Positions 1 to 13,679 are shown, counted from the first letter of the stretch. The stretch: 64,000 bases of DNA from Octopus vulgaris (GCA_951406725.2 OX597822.1:71362001-71426000); one strand, 5' to 3'. The notes: a model not told the origin generated them from the sequence alone. Made by a program: numbers and translations.

Positions 1-122
1 ATGAAAATATATTTTTTCTTAAGAAGAAATATGGTCCATGTTGTTTGTAATGAAATTCTATATACACTGTTGGAAAGGAAATAAATGTTCAGTCCTACAG
101 TGCAGCAGCTTCGGCAAGAGTC

Positions 123-170
<48 letters not shown>

Positions 171-203
171 ATGTATATATATACGTATATATATATATGT
201 GTG

Positions 204-268
<65 letters not shown>

Positions 269-270
269 AT

Positions 271-378
271 ATCATCATCATCACCATCATCATCGTTTAA
301 CGTCCGCTTTCCATGCTAGCATGGGTTGGACGGTTCAACTGGGGTCTGGCAAGCTCGAAGGCTGCACCAGGCCAGTCA
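271..378 (+). mobile_element. Fragment of the (CAT)n-associated repeat family 'gtttaacgtccgctttccatgctagcatgggttggac'
   Basis: The same sequence recurs at 10660-10750, 13860-14400 (opposite strand), 60160-60400 (opposite strand) and 62266-62435. Confidence 0.75.
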
Positions 379-408
379 TATATATATATATATAATAAAT
401 ATATATAT

Positions 409-1382
409 CAGTGGCATACAGTGATTTCTGGGGTTGGACATGCAATGAATTTCTTTGCTCCCCACTCCCCCGGGCAATTTTTCAGTAAAAAAATTTTAGG
501 ATTCCTACGATTTACATATGGGAGATTCTGAATATGCAATCACCCCCGAATGAACTAGAATAAAAAAAAAAACGTTGCCCTTTTCAAGCCTAGCCAGGCT
601 CATAGGCCTGGTTTCCCGGTTTCTGTGGCATATGTGTTCCCCACCAGCTGGACGGGATGCCGGTCCATTGCACGTGAGCTTCAAGATGCAGGAGAAAAGA
701 GTGAGAGAAAGTTGTGGTGAAAGAGTCAGCAGAAGTTCGCCATTACCTTCTGCCTGAGCCGCGTGGAGGTTAGGTGTTTCACTCATAAACACACATCACC
801 TGGCCTGAGATTCGAACCCACAATCCCTCGGTCACGAGTCTGCTGCCCTAAGCACTGGGCCATTGTGCCTCCATATGACCTAGAATAAGCAGGGAATAAA
901 AAATGGCTCTGTAAAGATGAGCCTGAAATAAGTGTATTGTTTGTATTTTTCTTTCTCTTTGAAACGTTGGTATTTTCCCATCCTCACCCTCCCTTAAAAA
1001 AGTCTAAAAATCATAAGTGAAATGTAATAAAGATGAAATTGGATTCTGCTAATATTTTTGCATATTCAGAATCTCTGTTAAAGGTAGGAATCTGAAAAAA
1101 AATTTTTCACAAAAATTCGTTTATCAAAGAGGTGTGATTCTGCATTAGCCCCTATACCTACTTAATTTGAAATGATTTAATTTTTTTGGATAAAAAAATT
1201 CAAACTTACTGCCAGGCTGTTCCAACATTTCAGCTGGTTAACTCAAGAATTATGGGACTGCTTTTGTTCCTGTCAAAAACTTTATGGGTCAAAAAGTAGA
1301 ACCAGGTTAGCAACAATTCTACACTAACAAAGAGACAGAGAGGGAGGTCATTCTGGTATTCTCAAAGCATGACATGCCACAA
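409..1382. mobile_element. Probable non-autonomous DNA transposon (MITE-like), interrupted by a SINE
   Basis: Ends cagtggcat...atgccaca form a short inverted repeat. The interior is non-coding, and a SINE with a TSD is nested at 565-872. Confidence 0.4.
565..872 (-). mobile_element. tRNA-derived SINE, family C
   Basis: The minus strand starts ggaggcacaatggcccagtgcttagggcagcagactcg (tRNA-like head) and has an A-rich end. Flanking near-duplicate atgaactagaataa/atgacctagaataa is a TSD. The same head occurs at 14472-14520. Confidence 0.8.
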
Positions 1383-1655
1383 TGAATATATCAAGTCACT
1401 AAGAGAGAGAGGAAGGGGGTACAAAATATTTCAATGCTACTTGTATGATGGTGGTGCTTGTTTATAATCATCATGATATTTTGATAAGGGTACATGCATG
1501 AGTGCACACACACACACACACACACACACAAGCACAACCACATACACACAGACACACATAGAGATAGATAGATAGAGAGACAGACAGACAGGCTAACATA
1601 CAGACAAACAGACAAACAGAGTAATATACCAATAGATAAATAGATATGCATAGAT

Positions 1656-2040
1656 AGGCGTAGAAGTGGCTGTATTGTAAGTAGCTTGCTTACCCACCAC
1701 ATGGTTCCGGGTTCAATCTCACTGCATGGCACCTTGGGCAAGTGTCTTCTACTATAGCCTAGGGCTGACCAAAGCCTTGTGAGTGGATGTGGTAGATGGA
1801 AACTGAAAGAAGCCTGTCGTATATATGTATATATGTGTGTGTGTGTGTGTGTGTGTTTGTCCCCCCAACATCACTTGACAACAGATGCTGGTGTATTTAC
1901 GTCCCCATAACTTTGCGGTTCAGCAAAAGAGACCAATAGAATAAGTACTAGGCTTACAAAGAATAAGTCCTGGGTTCGATTTGCTTGACTAAAGGTGGTG
2001 CTCCAGCATGACCGCAGCCAAATGACTGAAACAAGTAAAA
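1656..2040 (+). mobile_element. tRNA-derived SINE, family A (dominant family in the window)
   Basis: Pol III A-box-like tggctgtattg and B box ggttcaatctc, body ccttgggcaagtgtcttct, internal microsatellite, tail gactgaaacaagtaaaa. More than 10 copies in the window. Confidence 0.9.
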
Positions 2041-2239
2041 TAGATATACACAGTAAGCTTCTTCCAGTTTCCATCTACCAAATTCGACTACAAGGCTTCT
2101 TTGCTCAGCCCAAGCTCATAGTAGAAGATACTTAACCAAGGTACCATGCAGCGGGACTGAACCTGAGACCATATGATTGGGAAGCAAACTTCTCAACACA
2201 ACCACACAGCCATGCGTGTGCTTATCATTAATTCTAATA

Positions 2240-2635
2240 CATTGTTGATGGGCAGTTACTCCATACTTGCAATTGCCATTCAGCTAATGCTCATTATCTC
2301 TTTCTACATGTCTTTCAATGAAAGAAACCCTTGTATGATTTCAATTTGATTCTGGATGACGTCTAAGTACGTGTCTGCTTAAAATTCTAATTTAATTCAT
2401 TATCTGTGTTGTTAAAATGCTTTGGAGTTGAATCACTGAATTTGGAAACTACATTTTGAAAATGCTTTAATCTTTTACTTGCACTTTTTATTACAGAATC
2501 AAAGGACACTTAGTGGAGTTCAACTAGAAATTTCTTTCTGGCATCAAATATTCCCTTCAATATAGAATTTTTGTCTTTTATATTCTCTGTGCTGCTTGTA
2601 TCCTGCTGCATCGGCATCACATTTTCGAACCTACT
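2240..2635 (-). pseudogene. Degraded hAT-like transposase C-terminal fragment
   Basis: Minus-strand pieces DARKKFLVELH..SFDSVIKSASKRLKHFQNVVSKF..EIIQGFLSLKDM resemble hAT/ZMYM-type transposases. A related copy lies at 43130-43430. Confidence 0.45.
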
Positions 2636-2896
2636 CAGTTATTCCATTCTCTGCTAGCTTCAGTGGAAATTGGATACACATTTCACACGGATACACAAAC
2701 ACACACACACACACACAAATACACACACGTGCACGTGTAAATATATAGATATAGATATATGTATGAGTGCATGTATGTATGCATGTGTGTATGTATGTAT
2801 GTGTGTGTATGTATGTGTGTGTGTATGTATGTGTATGCATGCTTGCATGCATGTATGTATGTATGTACATACATATGTATGTATATATATCTCTTT

Positions 2897-3297
2897 CTCC
2901 TTTACTTGTTTTAGTCATTTGACTGTGGTCATGCTGGAGCACTGCCTTTAGTCGAGCAAATCAACCCCAGGACTTATTCTTTGTAAGCCTAGTACTTATT
3001 CTATCGGTCTGTCTTGCCAAATCGCTAAGTGACGGGGACATAAACACACCAGCATCAGTTGTCAAGCAATGCTAGGGGGGACAAACACAGACACACAAAC
3101 ATATACACACACATACATATTTATATACATATGTACGACGGGCTTCTTTCAGTTTCTGTCTACCAAATCCACTCACAAGGCTTTGGTCAGCCCGAGGCTA
3201 TAGTAGAAGACACTTGCCCAAGGTGCCATGCAGCGGGAATGAACCCAGAACCATGTGGTTGAGAAACAAGATACTTACCACACAGCCACTCCTGCAC
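2897..3297 (-). mobile_element. SINE family A, full length
   Basis: Reverse complement of the family A consensus from head to tail. Confidence 0.9.
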
Positions 3298-3426
3298 GTA
3301 TGTATGCATTTATAGATGTAGATATGTGTGTGCGTGTATGCATGTAAGTATGCATGTAAGTATATGTGTGTATGTATGTATGTATATGTGTGTGTATATG
3401 TATGTATGTAAGTATATGTGTGTGTG

Positions 3427-3457
<31 letters not shown>

Positions 3458-3748
3458 GTATATGTGTGTGTGTACATATGTAAGACTTTGTGTTTATGTT
3501 TTCCCCCTCTTACCATGTGATGAACCAGTGTTGGTTTGTGTACATGCCCATAACTTAGCAGTTTATCAAAAGGGACTGATGGATTTTTTCAGCTAAACTT
3601 TTGAAGGCAGTGTCACAGCATGGTTGCAGTCCAATGACTGAAAAAAGTAAAATATCATGTGTGTGTGTGTATGTGTGTGTGTGTTGTGTATGAGTTGTTT
3701 ATGAGTTGATGAGAGTTGATGGATAAAATTAACTTATTAATTAACATT

Positions 3749-3807
3749 ACCTACAATTGTTTCAATTCACAATCAATTGAAAATTTCAAGTAGAATATCA
3801 TCAGGGT
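3749..3807 (-). ncRNA. Minimal type I hammerhead ribozyme motif
   Basis: acc-CTGATGA-t-attc...gaat-t-GAAA-caattg-TA-ggt: intact core, palindromic stem III and a GUA site. Confidence 0.7.
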
Positions 3808-5337
3808 GAAAGCACATTAAGGAAGTTGCATGTTGACCGGTAGAAACATATTAACAGACTTTCATCTACTTAGTCTGTTAAAATGTCTCAACCGGTAACC
3901 ATGTGCGAGCAGTTTTCTAGCAACTGACAAGGGAACGATAGGTTTCTTTCAGTTTTTGTCGATTTAATCCATTCAGAAGTCTCTGGTTAGAGGGTCTATA
4001 ACAGGAAATTCTTGCCTAAGGTACCATGCAGTGGAACAGAACCAAAGACTACATGATTGGGAAGCAAACATCTTCACCACACAGCCACACAGGCAGATCA
4101 GATTTAAAATCAAGTGTATATACCTGCTTAACAACTCAATAAATTTATGAAATGAATTATATCAGAGAATAACTGTTGAGGTTATGGTTAATAACCCTCA
4201 TTTGCTCACAAAACCATAGAAGAAGAACCAAAATGCTATCTTGGCATTGGTGGAATAATAGGAGTTTGGTTTTATGAACTTGAAAAGAAATGAAAAGTCA
4301 AGTTGCTACAACAACTGGTACCGTTTCAAAAGGTTAACAATTCTAAGTTATGTGCTTCAGAGAATTGTCTTGAGGACATTGCAGTTTGAAATTGCTATCT
4401 CTGGCATTTTCTTAGTTCTAAGAACAACTCTGCATAATATTTCTATAAGTAATTTAAGAAATTTATGCTAATCTGCAAAGCTATCTTGAATAAAATGAGG
4501 AAAATGAACAAAAAAAAGGCAAAAAAAAAGAGAAGAAAAAAAGTAGTTTAAATGCTGCCACACTTTCTTGCTATTTTCCAAGATACCAGACTTTTGACTC
4601 CAAACTCCGGAATCTGAAGTTGATAATGCCTTGCCTAATATCAAAAACACTTAATTTTTGCAGGCTTTATAAAAATACATCATTACAAATTAACAAATCC
4701 TTATTATCTCATTAACATTCTTTTGTTAATTATTAATTTCTTATTATTCCTTGTATAGTGTGTGTGTGTGTGTGTGTGTGTAAGTGTGCGTGTATGCATG
4801 CAAACCTTTTAAAGTTGTCTTGGCAACAGTCAAAACCAATCAAGATAGCAAGAATCAAAATGAATTACCAAGATAACAATCAGTTGAAATCATATTTTGG
4901 TCTCTATAGCAAATATTCTTTCAGACTCTTTATAGTGCAACCTTAGAAAAATGTTCAAATGTGCACATTTCACTCACTGTTGAAACGAAGAAAAAACAGA
5001 AAAAAAAAAAAATAATTATAACGTGCATGTACTAAGTTCTCAAGTGGAAATAAACTTGGAAATATTCCTATAATTATATAATGATATAATAAGATGGGTT
5101 TTTAAAAAATAACATTTTGCTGCTATTAAATAAAACTATCTCAGCATTTTATGAAAATATATCTGTTATTATATCGTATTATATGTAAGATTATATCGTA
5201 TGAAGTCTCTCTTTGCTTTAATGACATCTTTATAGATATTTCAAAGAAATACACAGCAAAAAAAATCCTGTATGCATTTTAATTTCCTTTGCACGCTGGT
5301 TAACATAATGTAAAGTAATGGCAACTATATATATATA

Positions 5338-5371
<34 letters not shown>

Positions 5372-6435
5372 TATGTATGTATCAGAACATTGTATATGGA
5401 AGATTGTTGTCAATTATTTTTTTAGCTCTGTGTCAATAGATATGTAGGGTAAAGACACCGAGGATTAAAGCTGCAGATTTGTAATTTCAGACACGGCAAA
5501 AGTAATTGTATAGAAGATGGAGAGTCGAAGCGGCATGGTGCAATCTGCTGTATGATTGCACAGGCAAGTGAGTACGTGTGTGCATGCGTGTGCATGTGTG
5601 TTCGTGTGTGTGTGTGTGTGTGTGTTTGTGTGTATGTGTATGTGTGTGTGCGTGTGCACAATGAACTGGCACACCAATGCGAAACCCTAAGCTCTGTGTT
5701 GCGTATCCTTAAGCTATCTGTTATATTACTTGCTTGATTGAAACCATGTTGAAGTGTAGGTGTTACATTCATCATTTCATAGTCGAGTGGATGGCATGAG
5801 AAAATGGCGCCTGGCTTTAGAATCATTTGCTCCAACAGATCATCCAAATGTCCAAATTCTCAGAACAATCCAGCCAACTCTAATGAGGGGCACCTCACAT
5901 ACACACACACACATACATGTACACACTCTTCTTCTCATCCAATTTTTCCAGTGTCAGCTCGAATGACTGAGCACCACACACTTGCACATATAAATATGAA
6001 TTCTTGGCACAGCTATTTTCCCTTCTTCTGTTAACTATTCATCTGTGAAATCAAATTCGGAAACCACTCATAGCTAAGGGGGCTGGATCAGTCAACATAA
6101 TGTATTTTGACTCAAGACAAAAATACAATGACTTGAACACAGTTTGAACCCATTAAACAACCTTTCTGAACAAATGTGACTTGGCCACATGAGCAAAGGA
6201 TGTATATATCGGTTTTATTTCTGTATTTATGCTTGTTTAAATTTGAATATTAAAACCCTTTTACTAATCAGATGCAAACACCATATTCATTTGTGGATGC
6301 AGGTGCTTGTGAGTGTGAAAAGGCAGTAGCATACAAACGAGCATCTATATCTATCTGTCTGTCTCTCTCTCTCTCTCTCCCTCCCCCTCTCTCTCTATGT
6401 ATTTGTCTATTTATCTATCTATCTATCCATCTGTC

Positions 6436-6514
6436 CTTCATCATCATCGTCATCATCATCATCATCATCACCATCATCAACATCACCATCATCATTATCA
6501 TCATCACCATCAAT

Positions 6515-6561
<47 letters not shown>

Positions 6562-6749
6562 TATCACCACCATCACCACCACCACCACCACCACCACCAC
6601 CACCACCACCACCAATACCATCACCATTGCCATCATCGCCATCATTGTCGTCGTCGTCATCGTCATCATCATCATCTTCATCATCACCACCATCACCCCC
6701 CCACCATCACCCCCACCACCACCATCATTGTCATCTTTGTCGTCGTCAT
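6436..6749. repeat. Compound (CAT)n/(CAC)n/(CGT)n microsatellite
   Basis: Seen directly. It explains the poly-His/Ile/Thr ORFs. Confidence 0.95.
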
Positions 6750-6975
6750 TTAACCCTTAGCGTTTTAACCAACCATATCCCGCCCAAACATTCTACCTGT
6801 TTTATGTTCAAACTGACCTGACCCATCCTCTCACACCTACCCTACAATGTCTTCTGAAAGTAAACAAATCACATCATAAAAATCTCAAAGATACAAGGTG
6901 ATGCATGATTAATTCAAGACCATAAATTAATAACCATTGCATTCGACAGAGAAACCTGAACGCTAAAGAGTTACA
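6750..6975. mobile_element. piggyBac-like (TTAA) MITE
   Basis: Inverted ends ttaacccttagcgttt ... aacgctaaagagttac. Confidence 0.55.
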
Positions 6976-7327
6976 GTCTGTTTTATATGCTGGTATATAT
7001 TGTTTGAAATTTAGGCATAAGGCCAGAAGTTTTGGAAGAAGGGATTTAGTAAAATACATCGATCCCTATATTTCATTTGTACCTTATTATATCAGCTGAG
7101 GAGGGACAGAAGGCATGGATGACACTAGTAGGATATGAACTCAGAACCTAGAGATCTGTAATAAATACCACAAAGCATTTTGTGCAATGTTGTAACAATT
7201 ACACCAACTCATTCCCCACCTGACTTTCTCTCTCCACATACACACAGACACACACACACACATATATAAATCCTGTGCCAGCATGGAAGGTAGACATTAA
7301 ACGATGATGATGATGATGATGAAGATG

Positions 7328-7359
<32 letters not shown>

Positions 7360-7361
7360 GC

Positions 7362-7753
7362 ACATAGTCTGATCAATAAATATCTGGACTGTTGCCATAG
7401 AAACAAAGCTAAAGATCACAAAGTGAAGCTGCTTGGCACAGATTAAACTTAAACTCTGCTGTGCATGTGAATTAAGTTTTAACATTCTAGCTTGCTTTCA
7501 TTGCTTACAGCAGTACATGGAAGGAACGTGTGTAGTGTTTGATTGTCGTATTGACAATGACAGAATATTGAACAGGGAGTTAGGCGCAGGAGTGGCTGTG
7601 TGGTAAGTAGCTTGCTAACCAGCCACATGGTTCCGGGTTCAGTCCCACTGTGTGGCATCTTGGGCAAGTGTCTTCTGCTATAGCCCCGGGTCGACCAATG
7701 CCTTGTGAGTGGATTTGGTAGACGGAAACTGAAAGAAGCCTGTCATATATATG

Positions 7754-7804
<51 letters not shown>

Positions 7805-8672
7805 TTGTGTGTCTGTGTTTGTCCCCCTAGCATTGCTTGACCACCGATGCTGGTGTGTTTGCGTCCCCATCACTTAGCGATTCGGCAAAAGAGACCGATA
7901 GAATAAGTACTGGGCTTACAAAGAATAAGTCCCGGGGTCGATTTGCTCGACTAAAGGCGGTGCTCCAGCATGGCCACAGTCAAATGACTGAAACAAGTAA
8001 AAGAAAAAGAGTAAAAGAGAAAGAGAATCTGTATCAAATTTTGACAAAAGCTTGGTGATACCTACTCAGAGGCCTACGCAGAGTTTTCAAAAAGTTTTCA
8101 TCATTCTCGAAACAAACAAGGAGATCTTGTGCAACTGAAACCCGAGTGTCTTTTGGGTCAGCTGAAAGCAGTTTTGGCACAAACTTGGCAGACATGCATC
8201 TCATACCCAAAACTTCATTGATAACTAATCTGCACATCCTCTGATGATGATGATTCTTTTTCCTCTCACTGCTGCATGCACATCTGTAATGTTTTTCTCA
8301 GTTCTGCTGGTTGTAGCCTCCCAGAACTTTTGTCAATGTGACATTTTTTTCAGCCATATTGAAAATGTCTGAACCACTCATACACATGTATGTGGCTCAT
8401 ACACTCCTCTCCATACACTTTCTGCAACTTTGTGTTTGCCTCTGAGCAGGTATCACCATGGCAACTTTCTCTGTCATGGTCAATGTGACAATCACACACT
8501 ACACACGTTCCTTCCCAGCACTGCTGTAAACAGCAGAAGTGAGCTACAATGTTAAAACTTATTGCATATGCACAGCAGAGTCCAAGGTCACGCTGTGCCA
8601 AGTGGCTTTACTCTGCATGCTTTAGCTTTGTTACTATGGCAACAGTCCAGATACTTATTGATCAGACCCTGT
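7362..8672. mobile_element. Fold-back mariner derivative with two inverted 5' ends, interrupted by a SINE
   Basis: 7362-7575 is the reverse complement of about 8465-8672. The minus strand encodes mariner N-terminal pieces (LQKVYGEECMSHIHVYEWF; MSAKFVPKLLS). Confidence 0.85.
7582..8020 (+). mobile_element. SINE family A, full length, nested in the mariner derivative
   Basis: ggcgcaggagtggctgtgtggtaag head through gaaacaagtaaaag tail. Mariner sequence resumes after it. Confidence 0.9.
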
Positions 8673-8781
8673 ATGTGTATATATATATATATATGTATAT
8701 ATATGGTTGTATCTAGGGAGAGTCATTATGATATTATGCCAATATTAATAACACATGCACCAATTCAATTCCACTCAAGTG

Positions 8782-8818
<37 letters not shown>

Positions 8819-8906
8819 GTGTATATACATGTGTATATTTACATATACATACACATATATACACATATATGTATATATATATATAATCTATGTATAAATA
8901 TCTATA

Positions 8907-8965
<59 letters not shown>

Positions 8966-9140
8966 AACAGCTATAAAAACAAGGAAATACTTTGTGTACA
9001 AAAGGATTTTAAAGAACTCAAAGGGTGTGGGCACACATTATCTTTATTGATTATTGATACTCGAAAATATCTTACACTTAAATCTATTTAGCACATCAAA
9101 ATAGAAACCCAGCTAACAAATTAATCAATATATATACATA

Positions 9141-9232
<92 letters not shown>

Positions 9233-9284
9233 TAGATAGATAGATAGATAGATATATACACACATATGTATATATTGGTTATAG

Positions 9285-9770
9285 GCATAGGCATGGCTGC
9301 CTGGTAATATTCTTGTTTCCCGAAGACATGATTCTGAATTCAGGACAACTGTATTGTACTTTGCGCAAGTATCTTCTACCAAAGGCCCTGGGTTGACCAA
9401 AACCTTGTGAGGGGATTTGGTAGATGGAAATGGAAAGAAGCTTGTCTTATGTGTGTGTGAGTGTGCATGTGTGCTTGTGTGTTTGTGTGTGTACGTATGT
9501 CTTTGTGTGTGTATGTGTATGTGAGTGTGTCTGTGTGTTTGTGTGTGTACATTTGTATGTGTCTTTGTGTTTCTCCCCAATAAATGCTTCACCAGCTGGT
9601 GTTGGTTTGTTTACATCCCACAACTTTGTAGTCTGGCATAAGAGACTAATAGGAAAAGTAGTAGGCTTAAAAAAATATGCACTGCGGTCAATTCATTCAA
9701 CTGAAACCATTGAAGAGGATGCCCCAGTCTGGGCATAGTCCGATGACTAAAACAAGTATAACAAAAATAT
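9285..9770 (+). mobile_element. Diverged SINE family A copy
   Basis: Colinear similarity to the family A head, body and tail. Confidence 0.7.
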
Positions 9771-9823
9771 AAAAGAAAGAAAATAATATGTATGTATATG
9801 TATATATATATCTACATCTAAAT

Positions 9824-9886
<63 letters not shown>

Positions 9887-9910
9887 TATATATATGCATA
9901 TATATATATA

Positions 9911-10259
9911 GACTATGTTTTTGGTATTTTTTCCTTCTGTTTTATGTATGTGAAATACATGGATATGTTGTATGTGGAGTCATATTTGTGGAAAATAGAA
10001 ATAAACAGTCTTTGACTGCTATTTCTGATTTTTCGGTATGTGGCTAAGCAACCTGTTGCTCGCCCCTTTTTATTTATATGTATATTTTTGTATATAAATA
10101 AAAGAGGCAGGCAACAGGTTGCTAAGCCACATACCGAAAAATTAGAAATAGTAGTCAAAGACTGTTTATTTCTATTTTCTACAAATGAGACTCCACATAC
10201 GACATATCCCTGTAATTCACATATGTAAAACAGAAGGAAGAAATAAAGAAAGCAAAGTC
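9911..10259. repeat. Long imperfect palindrome (~170-bp arms)
   Basis: For example, gaaaatagaaataaacagtctttgact is mirrored by agtcaaagactgtttatttctattttc. Centre near 10085. Confidence 0.9.
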
Positions 10260-10595
10260 TAATGGTTATTTACGAACCCGTTTCTAGATTAGGAATATAT
10301 ATTTACATGCCGAAATCTACCCATAAATAATTGTTGGTTTTCTTTATAAAAGCCATTAAAGCTATTATTTACTCTTATTATATTACTAATTGAAATTTTT
10401 CACTCCCTTATGACAACCCATAGTTCTATCTCTAAAGAACTATTTTTGTAATACACATGGTAAAATTTTGGAGGGAAAATTGCAGATTCAGTTGTCTATA
10501 TAGGTTTGACTATGCTTGCTTTCTTCCACTATTTCGATGTCGCCTGATCGAGAAGTGGAGGTACGTAGCATTTGATGAATCTATTTTAGTGGAGG

Positions 10596-10652
10596 TTTAC
10601 GCTGATGAAAGACATGGAGTTTATATTCCTAATCTAGAAACGCGTTCGTAAA
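10596..10652 (+). ncRNA. Minimal type I hammerhead ribozyme motif (PLE-type)
   Basis: tttacg-CTGATGA-aaga...tcta-GAAA-cgcg-TT-cgtaaa: 6-bp stem I and palindromic ACGCGT stem III. An inverted partial copy lies at 10261-10298. Confidence 0.75.
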
Positions 10653-10795
10653 TAACCATTCTGGCAAGCCAGGAGGCTGCACCAAGCTCCAGTCTGATCT
10701 GGCAGTGTTTCCACAGCTGGATGCCCTTCCTAACGCCAACCACACCGTGTATATATATGTATGTATATATATAGATATAGATATATATATACATA

Positions 10796-10845
<50 letters not shown>

Positions 10846-10985
10846 TATAGACATACATGTATATATACACATATATATATACATATGAATATATATATTT
10901 ATATATATATTATATATATATATGTAACCACTTGTGAATCGGCAATTTTTTTCCTCCGCCTTCCTTTTCTATTGGATGTTCCTCT

Positions 10986-11020
10986 GTTTCTGAAGAAGAG
11001 CTTTGCTTGAAATGTTGAAC
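10986..11020 (+). ncRNA. Degenerate minimal hammerhead motif in a PLE terminal-repeat remnant
   Basis: gttt-CTGAAGA-agagc-ttt-gctt-GAAA-tg-TT-gaac. Confidence 0.6.
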
Positions 11021-11542
11021 CACCTTTCTTTCCTTCCCTGAGTGTCTGCTAATACTTTACATGTACCACGTCCTTTGGTCGGCCTGAGGCTATAGTAGAA
11101 GATGCTTTCCCAATGTGTCACACAGTGGGACTGAACCTGGAACCATGTGGCTGGTAAGCAAGCTACTTACCACACAGCCACTCCTGCACCTATAGAAATA
11201 TGAAGTTGGATGTCAGTGAGATTTGAACTCAGAGTGGAAATGTCTGGAAGACATTTTTGTCCAGAGCTTTAACAATTCAGCCAATCTACCATCTTTAATT
11301 ATTTTTGGGCTGTATATGGGCTTTTGTGGGAAAATTTTGAATGTATGTTATATGCATTTAAATATTCATATGTGTGCATAGACATATAGAGAGATATGCT
11401 TGTATGTTCTGTCACTCGCTAACTCACATACATACACGGTTATCTTAGTTGTATAACTAAGAATTCACTATTCAATAAAGTAGTCACTGAATATATTAAC
11501 AGAGAGTGTAATTATTTTTATTTCAATACTGACTCTCTGATT

Positions 11543-11586
11543 GAATCAACCGTTTCAAGTTCCAATCATAACCCTCCTCAGGAGCT
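11543..11586 (-). ncRNA. Degenerate hammerhead motif
   Basis: CTGAGGA-gggtt...aactt-GAAA-cgg-TT. Stem I is poorly paired. Confidence 0.4.
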
Positions 11587-11629
11587 AGTCATACATTTGT
11601 ATGAACATACATACATGCATACATATATG

Positions 11630-11666
<37 letters not shown>

Positions 11667-11967
11667 GTTCAAACATACAAGTATACATACATACAGACAC
11701 ACATATATTTATACATGCACATATGCATGCATACAAGCATACATATACATGCATGCATACACACATAGATATAAATCTATGTCTTTTTCTCACTCTTTCT
11801 TTCTCTCTTTACATATATACATAGTTATGAACATACATTTATATACATGTATACACATTTATATTTACATGTACATAAATATATATAAATATGCATACAT
11901 ATACATATATATGTATATATATATACCTTTTTGTATCTCTTTCTCTCTCTCTCTCATACTCACACAC

Positions 11968-12061
<94 letters not shown>

Positions 12062-12193
12062 CATTGAACAGTAAGAACTCATTCTCACACTACCTTTGAA
12101 GCATATATGTACACTTGAGTATTATATACATACATGCATATACATATACATACACGCATATACACATATGATATATCTAAATGTTTGCATGTA

Positions 12194-12227
<34 letters not shown>

Positions 12228-13624
12228 CACACACATCTATATATGTATGTATTTGTAAATATACATATATATAAAAGTGTACATATACACATATATACAT
12301 GTATGTATTTGTATACATATATATGTGAGTGTATATATATATATATACACACACACAAACATATATGTAAACACACATATCTATACACATACACATATAC
12401 ATGTTATATAAGTGTGTGTGTGTGTACATATTTGCTTGTGCCTGTGTGTGTGCGCACATGTGTATCTACATGCATAGACACAGTTGTGTATTTCATGCAG
12501 TCAAAGAACCATGACATTTATCCTCTTTAAAACATGATTCTTCCATCATGTAGTATCAAAATTAAAGTATTCAAAGTTATTTCTATAATTTCAATAATTG
12601 TTATTATAACCCAACCATATTCAACTCAGACACACAAATGTAACTCCACCTTCCCCATACACACACAACGCAAACACATATACACATACAGATATGCATC
12701 CTTACACACACACACGCACACAATTGAAACAAGACTGATAAAAAAAGAAAGAAAGATACAACATACAAAAATACAAATAATAATCAAAAATGAGAGCAGA
12801 AGATATTTTCCTCAAATAAATTCTTAATTTCTTTTTCAAAAATAAAGAAATATTATACATACATAAAAGAATATGAAAAGAACAAAAATTCTAACTAAAA
12901 ACAACAAAAAAAAATTTCAAAAAAAAAAAAACTAAAATATTCAACATAAAAAATCTAAAAAAATCTAAAAATAAAATGGTTCCTGGAAATGATTTATTTG
13001 AAAGAAATTTCCTGTGTAAATGCTATCAGCAAATTTTTGTTTCTAACTGTGACAATGTTTATATGTGAACTGTGTAATTCCAAAATGTAAGATTTCCCTT
13101 CTTCTTCAATAGCTCTCTAGTTCGTTCCTCATTCATCGTTATCATTATGACACGTTTTTTTCTTAAATATTCATTACCAGTGCTTGAATCTTCGAAATAT
13201 TTCACAAAGATTTTTCAACCAAATTTATTCTTCCATAGCAGTACGTTGGTGCATAAATTAAATTAAATTCATAACAAATTAGTTTCCAAACTTCTGCTCT
13301 GGTTACAGAAACTGTTATCAAGGAATCTTTCGTTTCTCATTGAAATGTCTGATATTATAACATCAAGTCTCTTTCTTTCTCTCGATTTATTTATATATTT
13401 TCAATTTATCTATTTTGTTAATTGCTAGTAGCAGCAGTAGAACTATGTTGTACTGCAAGAACCTCATACTCATTTGCAAGTATGTATATTTAAGATATAA
13501 TGTCTATACTTGTGTGTGTTTGTGTGTGTATGTGTGTGTGTGTGTATGTATGCACGTGTATATGTTTCAATCTATCTATTATACCTATGTATATTTATAT
13601 ATATTTATATATATAAATACATAC

Positions 13625-13679
<55 letters not shown>

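Noticed and set aside
4230-4670. Possible Tc1/Tc3-like transposase remnant on the minus strand
   Set aside because: Too degraded: no TIR or catalytic motif found.
6272-6821. Poly-His/Ile/Thr ORFs
   Set aside because: Trinucleotide microsatellite with no coding evidence.
13080-13440. Minus-strand peptide-like stretch (KYFEDSSTGNEYLRKK..)
   Set aside because: It is interrupted by stops and I do not recognise a family.
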